The translations under genes and the position numbers were made by a program. From Hamiltosporidium tvaerminnensis FI-OER-3-3 (taxonomy: Eukaryota > Fungi > Microsporidia): 64,000 nucleotides of DNA. The notes beneath the pieces were generated by a model. It ran no database searches, was not told where the DNA came from, and worked only from the letters and a program-made list of their open reading frames with translations. Shown one piece after another: positions 45,944-57,511 of this stretch. The number at the start of each line of letters is the position of its first letter. Position 1 is the stretch's first letter. Location of the stretch: positions 434,001-498,000 of the forward strand of contig JAKIMF020000004.1 of assembly GCA_022605425.2 (NCBI GenBank), written 5' to 3'.

Positions 45944-48310
45944 TTAAGGAATATAATTAAGAATATTACCATCCAAATCCAAATATCCTTTGTAAATTAA
46001 TATTTCAATGGTTTCTTCACATTGTTCGTTTGAACATCCTAAAGTTTCAGAGCACTGATTTATTAATTCATTTTTCTGCAAAATTTTCTGTGATTTCATT
46101 TTACTCATAATAATAGAATTTAATCTGGTTTTTAATTTTTGTGTTTCAAATTCATTTTCATCGGGACTTTCATTTTCGGTCATTTTTATTTTGAAATTCG
46201 TAGGAATTATATTTAAATTTGTTGAAATATTAAAATTAACAAAATATTCATTATTTTCTTCTAAAATGACATTTGCGTCACACATTTTACAAAAATTTTG
46301 ATCAAAAAATTCAATAGAAATTTGATTTTCCAATTCTAATTTTGAAATTCGTTTTTTTTCTGATATTTTTTTTAAAATTAAATATTGAATCACCGACATT
46401 CCAATTTCAAAATTATTAATTGCAACAACACAACTACTTAAACAATTCATCCATGTAAATTTCACACGAGGAAATTCTTTATTAACTTTTTTTGTATATT
46501 TTTCTTCTAATTTTAACAATTCAGAAGGCCAAACCGTATCACAATTTTCATATTCCGGCCATCTACACATTTTCATTTCTAAAATTTCAGAATTTAAAAA
46601 AGTTTTTCTATTTTTAAAATCTGTCACCATCACCTCCATTTTATGTGTGTAATGCTTATGAATCAAAGATTTAAATCCTTTAATAATTTTATCTTCAATT
46701 TGTAAATTTACAAATTTTTTACCCAACAATCTATTACCAAGAAATTCTCTATAAGTTTCTTCAAATTGTTCTTTTTCACTCACTTTATAAAAAACATACG
46801 TACAAATTTTAATAAGAACATTCAATTCTCCTTCCATTTCTTCTAAAATATTTTCATTTAAAATTTTATCTTCCAACTTATTTTCTTTCAAAACATCTGA
46901 CACATAATCAGGCTTTTTACCAAATACAGAATACCCTTCACTTTCTTCATCAATTGTAATCGTTTTTCTTCTTCTTATTCCACTTCTAAAATTTCCATAA
47001 TCATTACTTCTTATAATAGTTGTTTCACAAGAAATACTAGAACTTTTATCTTCACTATTATCATCTTTTTCTTCATAAAAGCTTTCTTCCAAAGAAAATA
47101 TTTTATTTTCTTGATTTAAAATTTCATAAAATTTTATTACAAATTGATTTAAATACCAAATTGTTCCCAAAATAGTAACGGATTGCTTTTCACTTATAAA
47201 ATTGTCAATACATTCATCCAGGATTTTTTTAATATTTTCATTCGATCCCACACCATTTTCTATCATTTTCAAATACAAAATATTCATCTCGTAAAATACA
47301 ATAAAAAAATCCTGGTAATTTTTTATTCTTAAAATTTCATTTTTAAAAAAATTCTTTAATCTTTCAATAAAATTATCTTGGAGATTTACATTAAACAATA
47401 TATTATTCAATGTCTGTAATTCAGGTGTATTCACAATATTTTTGAAATATTTTTCTGTAAAAACACTTTCAGAAAATAATTTTTTTAAAGCAGATTTTTC
47501 AATTATATGAAATACATCACTCAAATAACTGGTTTTTCTTTCTATAAAAAGAAGTTTATTAACTTGTTCCACATAAAATGCTCCAATGTTTTCTTTGGCA
47601 CTATTATATGTGAAACGAGAATCGGCCCCTAAAAACCTTTTTAATGTCTCATTGCTCACTTCTGTTTTCAAAATACTTCTCAATTCACAAACATATTTTC
47701 TTACCAAATATTTCTTTATAATATAAAAAGATTTTCTAAAAAAATGATTATTCTGTAAAATTTTAAACGTATTTGATAAAACAGTTGTATCAATACTTTT
47801 GTTTTGTTTATAACTCTTAACAAGTTCTTTTAATGAAATATTAATAGAATCGATATGTAATTTTAAATACTTTTTATATATTTTTGAATGTTTATATTCA
47901 AAAACATTTTTATTTCTGTATCGATAAAAATGATTTCCTTCCATTTTCATTTTGTAAATATCAAAATTTACAGACGAAAATAAATTTAAAAGAATATTCA
48001 AATATTTTTGAGAAATATTATCAAAAATAATTATTTGTTCCAAAAATTTACAATAATTTAAACCGTCTGTACTTATATTTTTCAAGGTAATATTTTGTAT
48101 TTTTATAAGTCTCTTTAAATATTTAATTATTTTTTTATAGAAATATGAAGAATCATTCTGTAATGAAATGTTTTGTAATAAAGTATGTATTCCGTATATA
48201 TAATTGTTTTTATCTGTTGAATGTAATTTTATAAATATTTTTATTTCTTTCCACATCTTTTCTCTATAATTTTCATCTTTTTTTGGTAAAATTTGTATTA
48301 CCTCGTTCAT
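45944..48310 (-). CDS. Cullin family protein (divergent)
   Basis: Cullin homology EKEQFEETYREFLGNRLLG..YTHKMEVMVTD, WP and FTW motifs. C-terminal winged helix IIMSKMKSQK (candidate neddylation Lys) ..IEILIYKGYL. Confidence 0.9.
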   Translation of the reverse strand: MNEVIQILPKKDENYREKMWKEIKIFIKLHSTDKNNYIYGIHTLLQNISLQNDSSYFYKKIIKYLKRLIKIQNITLKNISTDGLNYCKFLEQIIIFDNISQKYLNILLNLFSSVNFDIYKMKMEGNHFYRYRNKNVFEYKHSKIYKKYLKLHIDSINISLKELVKSYKQNKSIDTTVLSNTFKILQNNHFFRKSFYIIKKYLVRKYVCELRSILKTEVSNETLKRFLGADSRFTYNSAKENIGAFYVEQVNKLLFIERKTSYLSDVFHIIEKSALKKLFSESVFTEKYFKNIVNTPELQTLNNILFNVNLQDNFIERLKNFFKNEILRIKNYQDFFIVFYEMNILYLKMIENGVGSNENIKKILDECIDNFISEKQSVTILGTIWYLNQFVIKFYEILNQENKIFSLEESFYEEKDDNSEDKSSSISCETTIIRSNDYGNFRSGIRRRKTITIDEESEGYSVFGKKPDYVSDVLKENKLEDKILNENILEEMEGELNVLIKICTYVFYKVSEKEQFEETYREFLGNRLLGKKFVNLQIEDKIIKGFKSLIHKHYTHKMEVMVTDFKNRKTFLNSEILEMKMCRWPEYENCDTVWPSELLKLEEKYTKKVNKEFPRVKFTWMNCLSSCVVAINNFEIGMSVIQYLILKKISEKKRISKLELENQISIEFFDQNFCKMCDANVILEENNEYFVNFNISTNLNIIPTNFKIKMTENESPDENEFETQKLKTRLNSIIMSKMKSQKILQKNELINQCSETLGCSNEQCEETIEILIYKGYLDLDGNILNYIP

Positions 48311-48363
48311 AGGGGTGAATTTCTTTTATGCTATAATTTTATAAAATTATTATTTAAGTGAAG

Positions 48364-48940
48364 GTGAATTGTGGAGGGAGGATAACCACATAAAAAACTA
48401 TCTGCTTGGTAATGAATATGTAAAATTCGATTGTGAATTGTGGAGGAAGGATAACCACATAAAAAACTATCTGCTTGGTAATGAATATGTAAAATTCGAT
48501 TGTGAATTTGGAGGGAGGATAACCACATAAAAAACTATCTGCTTGGTAATGAATATGTAAAATTCGATTGTGAATTTGGAGGAAGGATAACCACATAAAA
48601 AACTATCTGCTTGGTAATGAATATGTAAAATTCGATTGTGAATCATTCTTTGGATTTTTTGTGGAATAAAAAATACACTACATTTTCGTTTTTACAATGG
48701 AAATTTAAATAGAAAAGTGAAGATCTATGAAATAGTGAAATATTCTCTTAAAATCTATTTTGTAGTTTTTTACGAAATTAGATTTTAAACCACGACAAAA
48801 GTTGTAAGTTATTGCTATTTAAAAGCATTTAAACTTAACCTTGGTCATCAAATTAGAAGACCTAAGGTTTAGGGCATACAAAAAACATATCATTTAAAAA
48901 GGCGAAGACTGATATACAGGCTATTCTGTTGGTATTGCTG
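48364..48940 (+). repeat. Structured element, copy D: head amplified x4, then about the first half of the body
   Basis: 68-69 bp units at 48364, 48433, 48502 and 48570. Continues collinearly with copy A to ACAGGCTATTCTGTTGGTAT near 48935. Confidence 0.88.
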
Positions 48941-50050
48941 TAAATAAGATCATGAGGCTATATAATTATTCAAATAAAACCCAATTACTTCATGAGGTTA
49001 TCTACATAGATTATCTAACATTGATGGGATATGATAATAAATGATAAGTTATAATATTGATCACTTATAAATATACCTAAGTTTTAAATGAAGATATCTT
49101 TTCACAATAATATATCATTTACTATGGAAGAAACTAGTGGTAGTAAATGTAAATCAATCGGTATAATAGTACAAAGTCTAATTAGACCCTTATTAGTTGC
49201 TGGGATTTATTAAAGACAAATGAACATTAGGTTCAATGAGTAAGGGAAGTGGTAATGCTGTAAAGTTATAAGGCAGCCCTAAATTTAGTTTTTCACTCCG
49301 ATCATACTCTGATTAACTCAAATTACCAAACGCGTTCCAAATTTTTCTTCGTTAAATAGCTTATACGTAGCTTTTTAAGAAAATCATCAAGCTTTAAGCA
49401 TCCAAGAAATATAAATGGAGTGTTTGTGAGCGGTTATCTATGTAAAATCTAGAAAATACTTTAAAAATATTCCACCATTTATTACTTTTTTGGAAAGATG
49501 GATATTAATATAATATATAAGAATCATCTTTATAATTATAATAAGACAAATAGAAAAAGAAATTGATACGAAATAGACAAATAAAGAGTCAATAATTAAA
49601 TTAATATATATTTGGTAACCTTTGTTGGTTTTATCTGAATTGAAATTACTAATAATATTATAATTTTTTTTTACATATTTTGAATTAATATCTAAATATG
49701 CAGTCCTGTGAATGTTTTCACAATTTTTTTTAATAATAATAGAAAATATTTTTAAAATGAAATAAAAGCTTTACACACTACATTGACATAAAAAGTTTGA
49801 GATTTTACATATATCATATTATTTGTGTATAAATAAAACATTTAAGAATCGATTCAACAAGTTTTTAAACTTTCTTTTTTTGAAAAATATATATTTTTAG
49901 CCACCTAGTGTTTAGATAAAAAATTTTTTCGTTTTTTTTTTTTAATTTCTTTATAAAATTTCTAAATTATTACCAAACTGATAATATAGATCTAATTAAA
50001 TTTAAAAGGTAATAATTAATTAATTTTTACCTAACTTACCCCCCCTTTCC

Positions 50051-52471
50051 ATGATTTTCTTGATATATATTTTAGAATTTTCTCCAATGAGATATTTTAG
50101 AAGCCATATATGCAGAAATACTCATAATATGTCAAGGAATATTTTATTCTTAGCATATATTCTTGGTCTTTGCCATTGTTCCAATGAAATTACTTTTCTT
50201 TTGAATGCTTCGTTTTTAAAAGAAACAATTGACCGAAAAAATATCGATGAATCATTTTCTTACTGTTGTAAACCCCAAAACGATGTAATAAATTGTTCAG
50301 GAGATCATTTTTTGAAAAATAATTGTATAGCATGTACAAATTACGGTAGTGATGTCCCACATTTTTTACTTAAGAAACATACGATTTCATATCCAAATGA
50401 TTTTCCATTAATTTCAAAATATATAGAACGAGTTATAAGAGAAACCAAAGATGATAATGTTGAGATTATTTTAGAAAATTGTTTCTATGATGACTTTATA
50501 GTCTTGCTAAAGAATTTAAAAGACCCTGACAACATTCTTGCACAATTAAGAACTCCGGATTTTAACTTTATTTTGATGTTTTTTGCAAAATTTGAAATTT
50601 CATATTCAAAACACTTAAAACTCTTCTTGAAATCGTTAGGTGTGAATATATTTCTTCATGATGTATCTTCCAAAAAACAAGATGCGATTGAATTCCCAAA
50701 CGATTCAATTGATAAAATAAACACGGGACTAATTATCGTGTTCGTAGAACAACTTCTAAAATTTTATTTTCTTAAATTAAGTAAGATGATCTATCTTTTT
50801 AAGAAAAATGTTTACTACTTAGACCTAGAAAGGGATTTTAGGAAAAAATTATTTTCGGAAAAAACAAGAATGACCATTTCCAATCACAACCAAACCTTAT
50901 TTAATAAATATATGCAAAAATCTTTATTTTTTGAATCTTTAAAGATACTTCTGATCGCAATGAAACTAAAAAAGCTTGTTATTGATTCTTTTTCGAAAGA
51001 ATACAAATGGAAACAAAGTGATTTCATAAACATGATACCTTTTTCATGTGCAAAAATAGAAATATTAATGTATTATGCCGAACCAAACCTTTTAAAATAT
51101 CTATATCCAATTTTGACACGACCAACGATTAAAAAATTTAAACTTTCGGTGAATATAATCACCGATGAAACTGTTAATTTTCTGAAAATGATAAAAGTAC
51201 CTAAACAACATATTTGCATTCACTTTGATTCTCATAAAAATTTTAGTTTGCTAGAACATATTTTTGAAATAATTGATTGTATACCAGAAGCTCATATATC
51301 ATTAATATTAAGCTACACGATTTTTAACAATTCTTTATTTTTACCAAAAAAATATCTAAAAATAATAGGCAATGAAAGATTGACATTACAAGTGTGCAAC
51401 ATTTTAGCTATAAATTTTTGGATTTATGAATATTGGAATTCACCAAATATTGAAAAATTTATTAAAACACTAATGATTAGTAGTCACCGTGTTCTGGACA
51501 ACAAACAAATGAAAATTTTAGGTAGATTCAAGAACATCAAAGAATTCTTCTATTTTTATATTTGCAAAACCACATTTCCAAACCTTACAAATCATAAATT
51601 TGATTTTCTTTCGAATTTCGAATTACTCAAAAAAATTCGATTACAAAATGCAAACATCGACACAGAATTACTTCGTTTTATTTTTTATTCAAAAACATTA
51701 AAACATGTCTATTTCGATAGAGTAGATTTGTCCAAGATTTCAGAATCGTGTTTAGAATTTAAAGGAGAGAACCTCTATTTAGAAAAAATTTTTATACTTT
51801 ATTGTTTTGGCGAAATCCCCATAAACCTTTTAAAATATCTTCAAAACTTCAAAAGTATAAAAAACATTAAAGTATCTACATACGATAGTTATCAAAATTT
51901 TTTATACTTTGAAATTAATTTTTATATTAAGAAGGACAGAGAATTTGAATTCTTTTATAATAAACAAAACCATAAAAATCATCTTTATATCAAAAAATTG
52001 TCTATATGTCATATAATGTTAAACTCTAATACAGCAAATATTATATTTAACCAAAAATGGAAACTTTCTAGAATTTTGGAAATTAAACTTGAAGATATAA
52101 CGCTATCAATAAAAAATATAATTTTTATTACTGCACTAAAATCGATTAAACATATTTCATTGAAGGAAGTTAGATTTATAAATTGTGGTTTCAAAGATTT
52201 TCTATCAGAAACTATACTAAGCCAGCTCTTTGTAATACATTTAAATAATATTAACTTATACAAATCAGATTTAGCAAGGGTTTCACAACTGAAAGAAATA
52301 AAATTTATTGAATTGAATTTTTGTCGTATTTCAGATGAAAACCTCGCTATATTGATAAATATTAACTTCAAAAGATTGAATGAATTCATTTTACAGACAG
52401 AAAGACCGGCTTTCTTTCTTAAAAAACAATATGCTGAAATATCTCCATCATCGCATCTTAGAGTTTTATAA
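50051..52471 (+). CDS. Signal-peptide + putative BTB-like + LRR family protein
   Basis: ILFLAYILGLCHC hydrophobic segment. LRR-like repeats FKNIKEF, LLKKIRLQN, LKHVYFDR, LKSIKHISL and LKEIKFIELNFC. C7 run before the ATG. Confidence 0.85.
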   Translation: MIFLIYILEFSPMRYFRSHICRNTHNMSRNILFLAYILGLCHCSNEITFLLNASFLKETIDRKNIDESFSYCCKPQNDVINCSGDHFLKNNCIACTNYGSDVPHFLLKKHTISYPNDFPLISKYIERVIRETKDDNVEIILENCFYDDFIVLLKNLKDPDNILAQLRTPDFNFILMFFAKFEISYSKHLKLFLKSLGVNIFLHDVSSKKQDAIEFPNDSIDKINTGLIIVFVEQLLKFYFLKLSKMIYLFKKNVYYLDLERDFRKKLFSEKTRMTISNHNQTLFNKYMQKSLFFESLKILLIAMKLKKLVIDSFSKEYKWKQSDFINMIPFSCAKIEILMYYAEPNLLKYLYPILTRPTIKKFKLSVNIITDETVNFLKMIKVPKQHICIHFDSHKNFSLLEHIFEIIDCIPEAHISLILSYTIFNNSLFLPKKYLKIIGNERLTLQVCNILAINFWIYEYWNSPNIEKFIKTLMISSHRVLDNKQMKILGRFKNIKEFFYFYICKTTFPNLTNHKFDFLSNFELLKKIRLQNANIDTELLRFIFYSKTLKHVYFDRVDLSKISESCLEFKGENLYLEKIFILYCFGEIPINLLKYLQNFKSIKNIKVSTYDSYQNFLYFEINFYIKKDREFEFFYNKQNHKNHLYIKKLSICHIMLNSNTANIIFNQKWKLSRILEIKLEDITLSIKNIIFITALKSIKHISLKEVRFINCGFKDFLSETILSQLFVIHLNNINLYKSDLARVSQLKEIKFIELNFCRISDENLAILININFKRLNEFILQTERPAFFLKKQYAEISPSSHLRVL

Positions 52472-53709
52472 CTCGTTAAAATTTAATTCTTTCGTATACC
52501 TTAAATCTGATTTAAAATTCAAAAAATTTTAGGCATTTTCTCTTTAATGAAATCTAGATCTTTTTAGATATTTAAATAATAAATTAATTTGTGGTGATAT
52601 AAGTTTTAATATAAATTTTAAATTTATACTTAAAAATAGGCAGAACATACTTCATAATATATAATAATATAATTTAAAAACCAAACTTTACCTTTACTTT
52701 TACTTTTTTTCACAATATATTCATACTAGACGTTAAGCTCGTAGAAACGAACTTTATTTTACATTCATGAGAAAAAAATACAGAAATTAATCTCGGAGTC
52801 CGCTATTTGAGCCATAATTCCCAAATAATCTCAATAAAAATTTTAACTCTCACCTAGTCTGCTTCTCGTAAAATTTTTTGGACTCTCATTTGTAAATTAT
52901 TGCCTGCTTTGATCAATGCACCAAAAAAACTTAATATTTATTTAACTTTCCATTTCTCTTCTCTTTTATATTTACATTCCATTTTTCAAAACTTCGGATC
53001 GGCATTTTATGTTTGTTATTTTCACCTTCCTCCTATTTTTTATTCAATTTTGTATTTTATCTCAAAGAAATGTATTCTTGTAAAGTGTTTTATTTGTCTG
53101 AAAAAACCGTTTTTTTTAACCATATGCTATTTGTTAATTTATTGTATGTATAACTTATTGTTCCTTTTAATTAAAAATCCTTTAGTTTAATCAAGTATAA
53201 AGTTCGACGAAGTTATTCAAGCAAAATTGTTTTTTAAAATTTTTATTGTGAATATAAATGTATTAAAAAGAAGAATGGTAGAAAAGCATCAATTGTATCA
53301 TAAAATTTTTATCTAACTATAAATTTTAGGAAAGGCATCTTAACAAATTGATTTAAATTTTTTTTCTAAAATGAAAACTTTAGGAAAATGAAACAAAATA
53401 TATTTATTTGTTTTTCCTTCCTATTAATACAGTCTAGAAAAGATTTTTACAATTTTTATTTCAAATGTTTTTTAATCAATAGAATCTTTCAAATTGTTTT
53501 ATGTTCACTTCTACTTCACTTAATTGGTTTTGTAAGTTTTATGAACAAATAGACAGCTAGATGTTATAATTGGCGACCTCTTATTTGTCTCTTATATTCC
53601 ATTAACTAATTAAACATTTCAAGGTGAGTCGGCATCGTCGTCGGGACATTACTGAATTATATAAATGATTTTTTGCACAAATATCCTGTATAAAGTAATA
53701 TAAAAAACT

Positions 53710-54424
53710 TTTATTTAAAAGTATCATATCCTTTTTAAACAGAGACGAGAGCTATTTTGTTTTCATGACATTAACCCGGTTCTAAGTTTAACATAAATAA
53801 CTGCTACCTCCAGACTCCATCAGTACCCCTGCGATACCTGAGTTCTAAAGCCTTTCATCTACCAGGTGTTTAGAAACTAAATAATAGGCGAGGCAGTTGC
53901 CCAGTGTTTCTTTAATGTCCGTTGCATGGTGTGTGATCGAAAGCCGAAGCCCCCTTGGGCTCTCCCAAGACTATCCAGATTCCCCACTTACTCTACACTT
54001 TCTGAACCCAATAAACTTCTAGCTAAGATATATTTCAGAGGTTTAGATTGGGTCCACCTAGACACTGCAATGACATACCAACAGGTCTAACCTGCGTTAT
54101 AGTTCTCTTGGATTTTAATGGTTTTTGTTTTATATCTCTTAGGCTCTAAGTCTTCTAACCCGAGTGAACAAGGGTTGTATTACATAATTTACATGCCAAA
54201 TACCTAAAATTCAGATGCGGTTCGTAATCTACCTACATAAAAAACTACAAATAAATTTTTAGAAAAAGTTTCACCATATCTTAGAACTTCTCCTCTTTAT
54301 ACAAATCCCATAGAACAGACGAAAATTTAGAGTGTTTTTACTAAAAAATCAAATTATGATCTTCCAACCAATTTCACATGTTCATTGCCAAAGAGAAAGT
54401 TTTTTTTGTTATACTCACTCCATT
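53710..54424 (-). repeat. Structured ~716-nt element, copy E
   Basis: Reverse complement is collinear with copy A. Core block at 54010-54040. Confidence 0.92.
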
Positions 54425-54473
54425 GAATAAAATACAAAAAAGATAATTTAAAATAATCATAAATTAAATCAAT

Positions 54474-54650
54474 ATAACTAATAAAAGAAAGAAAATAAAA
54501 TCCAAAGGAAACTTAAATAATAATATCTAATATCATCATAAATATAACATATAACTAATAAAAGAAAGAAAATAAAATCTAAAGGAAACTTAAATAATAA
54601 TATCTAATATAATCATAAATATAACATATAACTAATAAAAGAAAGAAAAT
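54474..54650. repeat. 77-bp tandem repeat, ~2.3 copies
   Basis: ATAACTAATAAAAGAAAGAAAAT recurs at 54474, 54551 and 54628. Confidence 0.85.
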
Positions 54651-54695
54651 CAAAAACAAATTATAGAAGATTAGCCATTTACAGAAATTTATTAC

Positions 54696-56222
54696 CTAAA
54701 AAATATACCAACAGAATCCTCCTATTATAATACCAGCAGTAATTACAACAGCAGCAATACCGACTTTTCCCCAAATACCACTTGAAGATTTCTTTTGTGT
54801 TCTAGTAGTAACATTCCTTTTTCTCTCTTTTTCTTCTTCAGTTTCTTCTATATCATCTAATGTATTGGTATGAGGTACATCCCAACCTTCCATGACATCA
54901 CTTGAAGCAGCACAGCACTGTTCTATGACTTCACATACATCCTTTTCATTTCTATATTTCTCTCTAGCCAACTGATAACTATACCAATGATTAGTTATGT
55001 ATGAATTCCACTGTTTAAGTAGTGTTGCGATGTATGCATCTTTAGTTTTTCCCATACAAATGACTGTATCAAGGAAGAATCTAGTTATTCCCATATCTTG
55101 TTTACAAAAAGATTTTAAAAGAAGTTCTTCGTAAGGATATGAAAGATTCGAAGTTGATTTAAGTGCAGAACACATCTGTACAAAGAAACCCATTCGTATT
55201 AACTGGCAACAATCACCAGAAATAAGGAATCTAGACACTTCTTGACATTTATCTCTGCTCTCTCTTAATATTCCATCAATATTGACTGTATCTTCATTGA
55301 ATTGTTTGTAATGCTTACAACATTTTTCTCTGAAGTTTCTGTAGCCTTCCTTGCATACCTCAGAATCCTTCAATTCACACAACAAAGATTCCATGTTCAG
55401 ATTTTCTCTGATTTCTTTATTAGCCAACAAACGTTTAATACTGCAAGTATTATTTTTAATGTCTTGAATATCTAAATTGCAGTCCAATTCTATTTTTTCT
55501 TTAAGTTCTTCTAAAATTTCCTTGTCTACAGACATATCTGCATCCTGTGTTGTATAATGAATGTAGTAGTCAGCATCTCCAAAATTAGCCTTCAAAATCT
55601 TATTACGGGGAAATTCTCTTATATCAGAATTAAGTTCAAGAAAGAAATTTCTCTTTACTCCAGCTTCTCCAGCCTCTTCTTCTTTTTCAGGTTTATCGCC
55701 TTCTTTGGTGAAATCGGGAATAACAGGTCTAAAATCACTACCTTCACTTTCCTCATTATATTCACTATCAGATCCTTCCTCAAAATTAATTTCTCTAATA
55801 CGATTAGATCGTATAGCTCGAAGCTGTACACGCGGCTTGACATCAAATTTTTTATTACTTACATTAACCGATAGCACACTTGTCTCCGGATCCACCACAA
55901 CATCCACATTCTCAGAATGCGCAACTTCAAGAATATACGCAGTATTTCCATACTTAGGCTTGTACACCACAGTAGAGTCAGTAAAACACCCTCGTTTAAA
56001 TACCCGTACACTCATATCTCTCTTATCCACCACCTCCTCAAACATCTCATCAGTACTCACCTTCACACGTTTGTTGTTTCGCGACATAAACATAGGTTTT
56101 CTTACTTTCCACTCAAACATAGAATTACCACTTTCATCGTCACTCCTTGTATACTCCTCCTCACTTGACACAAAAGCATACGTAGTCCACATATATAATA
56201 GAAATTCTAAAATGTATCTCAT
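54696..56222 (-). CDS. Type I membrane or surface protein of unknown function
   Basis: Signal peptide MRYILEFLLYMWTTYA, a Cys-rich helical middle and a C-terminal TM segment VGIAAVVITAGIIIGGFCWYIF. Confidence 0.85.
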   Translation of the reverse strand: MRYILEFLLYMWTTYAFVSSEEEYTRSDDESGNSMFEWKVRKPMFMSRNNKRVKVSTDEMFEEVVDKRDMSVRVFKRGCFTDSTVVYKPKYGNTAYILEVAHSENVDVVVDPETSVLSVNVSNKKFDVKPRVQLRAIRSNRIREINFEEGSDSEYNEESEGSDFRPVIPDFTKEGDKPEKEEEAGEAGVKRNFFLELNSDIREFPRNKILKANFGDADYYIHYTTQDADMSVDKEILEELKEKIELDCNLDIQDIKNNTCSIKRLLANKEIRENLNMESLLCELKDSEVCKEGYRNFREKCCKHYKQFNEDTVNIDGILRESRDKCQEVSRFLISGDCCQLIRMGFFVQMCSALKSTSNLSYPYEELLLKSFCKQDMGITRFFLDTVICMGKTKDAYIATLLKQWNSYITNHWYSYQLAREKYRNEKDVCEVIEQCCAASSDVMEGWDVPHTNTLDDIEETEEEKERKRNVTTRTQKKSSSGIWGKVGIAAVVITAGIIIGGFCWYIF

Positions 56223-56334
56223 TATTATTTTTCATAAAAGTATACCTTTATATACTTTTAAAATGATAAATTAAACAATAATATTTTATTTAAATATTCA
56301 TTTAGATTTTAATTTAATTTAATTTTTATCTAAA

Positions 56335-57510
56335 TGTGTATCTAAATCCTTATATTTATTTATATTTGTATCTAAATCTTTATTTATATTTTGTATTTTA
56401 ATCAATCATATTATATTTGTATCTAAATCCTTATTTATATTTTGTATTTTAATCAAACATATTATATTTGTATCTAAATCCTTATATTTATTTAAATTTT
56501 GTATTTTAATCAATCATATTATATTTGTATCTAAATCCTTATATTTATTTATATTTGTATCTAAATCTTTATTTATATTTTGTATTTTAATCAATCATAT
56601 TATATTTGTATCTAAATCCTTATATTTATTTATATTTCTATATTTGATAAATTAAATATTTATCACAAAAAAAATACATTAAATAAAAGTAAATATTTAC
56701 CTTAGATTTATAAATTTATTTACCTAAGATTTAATTTCTAAAAAAAATATATAAAAATTACATTTACTAACACCTATTAACCAATAACCCTTTATAATAC
56801 CTAACCCCTATTAACCAATAAATAACCCTTTATAATACCTAACCCCTATTAACCAATAACCCTTTATAATACCTAACCCCTATAAACCAATAAATAACCC
56901 TTTATAATACATAACACCTATTAACCAATAACCCTTTATAATAAATAAATCCCTATAATAAATCCTTATAATAAATAACCCCTATAAACCAATAAATCCT
57001 TATAATAAATAACACCTATAATAAATCCTTTATTAACCAATAAACACTCCTAAATTAACCAATAAATCCCTTATAATAAATAACCCTAAATTATTTTTAA
57101 GAATATATTTAATTTAAAAAGTTATATTTGATAAATTAAAAAAATATAAATTAAATTAAAAATAAACAAAAAATAAATAAATTACAAAAACTTTAATACA
57201 ACCTATATCTTAAAGAGAATATAGTAGATCACCAGTATTATAATATATAATACTATAATACTATCTTTTATCCTCTTATACTATATTCTTATACTATATC
57301 CTATAATACTATATTATAATACTATAATACTATATTATTACTATATCCTATACTATATCTAATATATATATTATAATACTATATCTCTTATACTATACCC
57401 TATACTTTATCTTATATCTTATAATACTATATCCTATAATACTATCTCTTATACTATAATACTATATCCTATAATACTATACCCTATATCATATATACTA
57501 TATCCATACT
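56335..57510. repeat. Three adjacent low-complexity or minisatellite tracts
   Basis: TTTGTATCTAAATCCTTATATTTA units (~56335-56640), AACCAATAACCCTTTATAATACCTAACCCCT units (~56770-57090) and TATAATACTATATCC units (~57245-57510). Confidence 0.85.
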
Positions 57511-57511
57511 A

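Noticed and set aside
48364-48637. CRISPR-like array (also 45646-45880)
   Set aside because: Head-to-tail tandem units with no unique spacers, no cas genes and a eukaryotic context.
48980-49450. Possible RT remnant (YIDYL, cf. YxDD); similar hints at 33480-33800 and 10170-10520
   Set aside because: Too degenerate to support without a translated search.
56770-57090. Telomeric (TAACCC/CCTAA) tract
   Set aside because: The motifs are dispersed within a longer AT-rich minisatellite between convergent genes and never form a pure tandem array.
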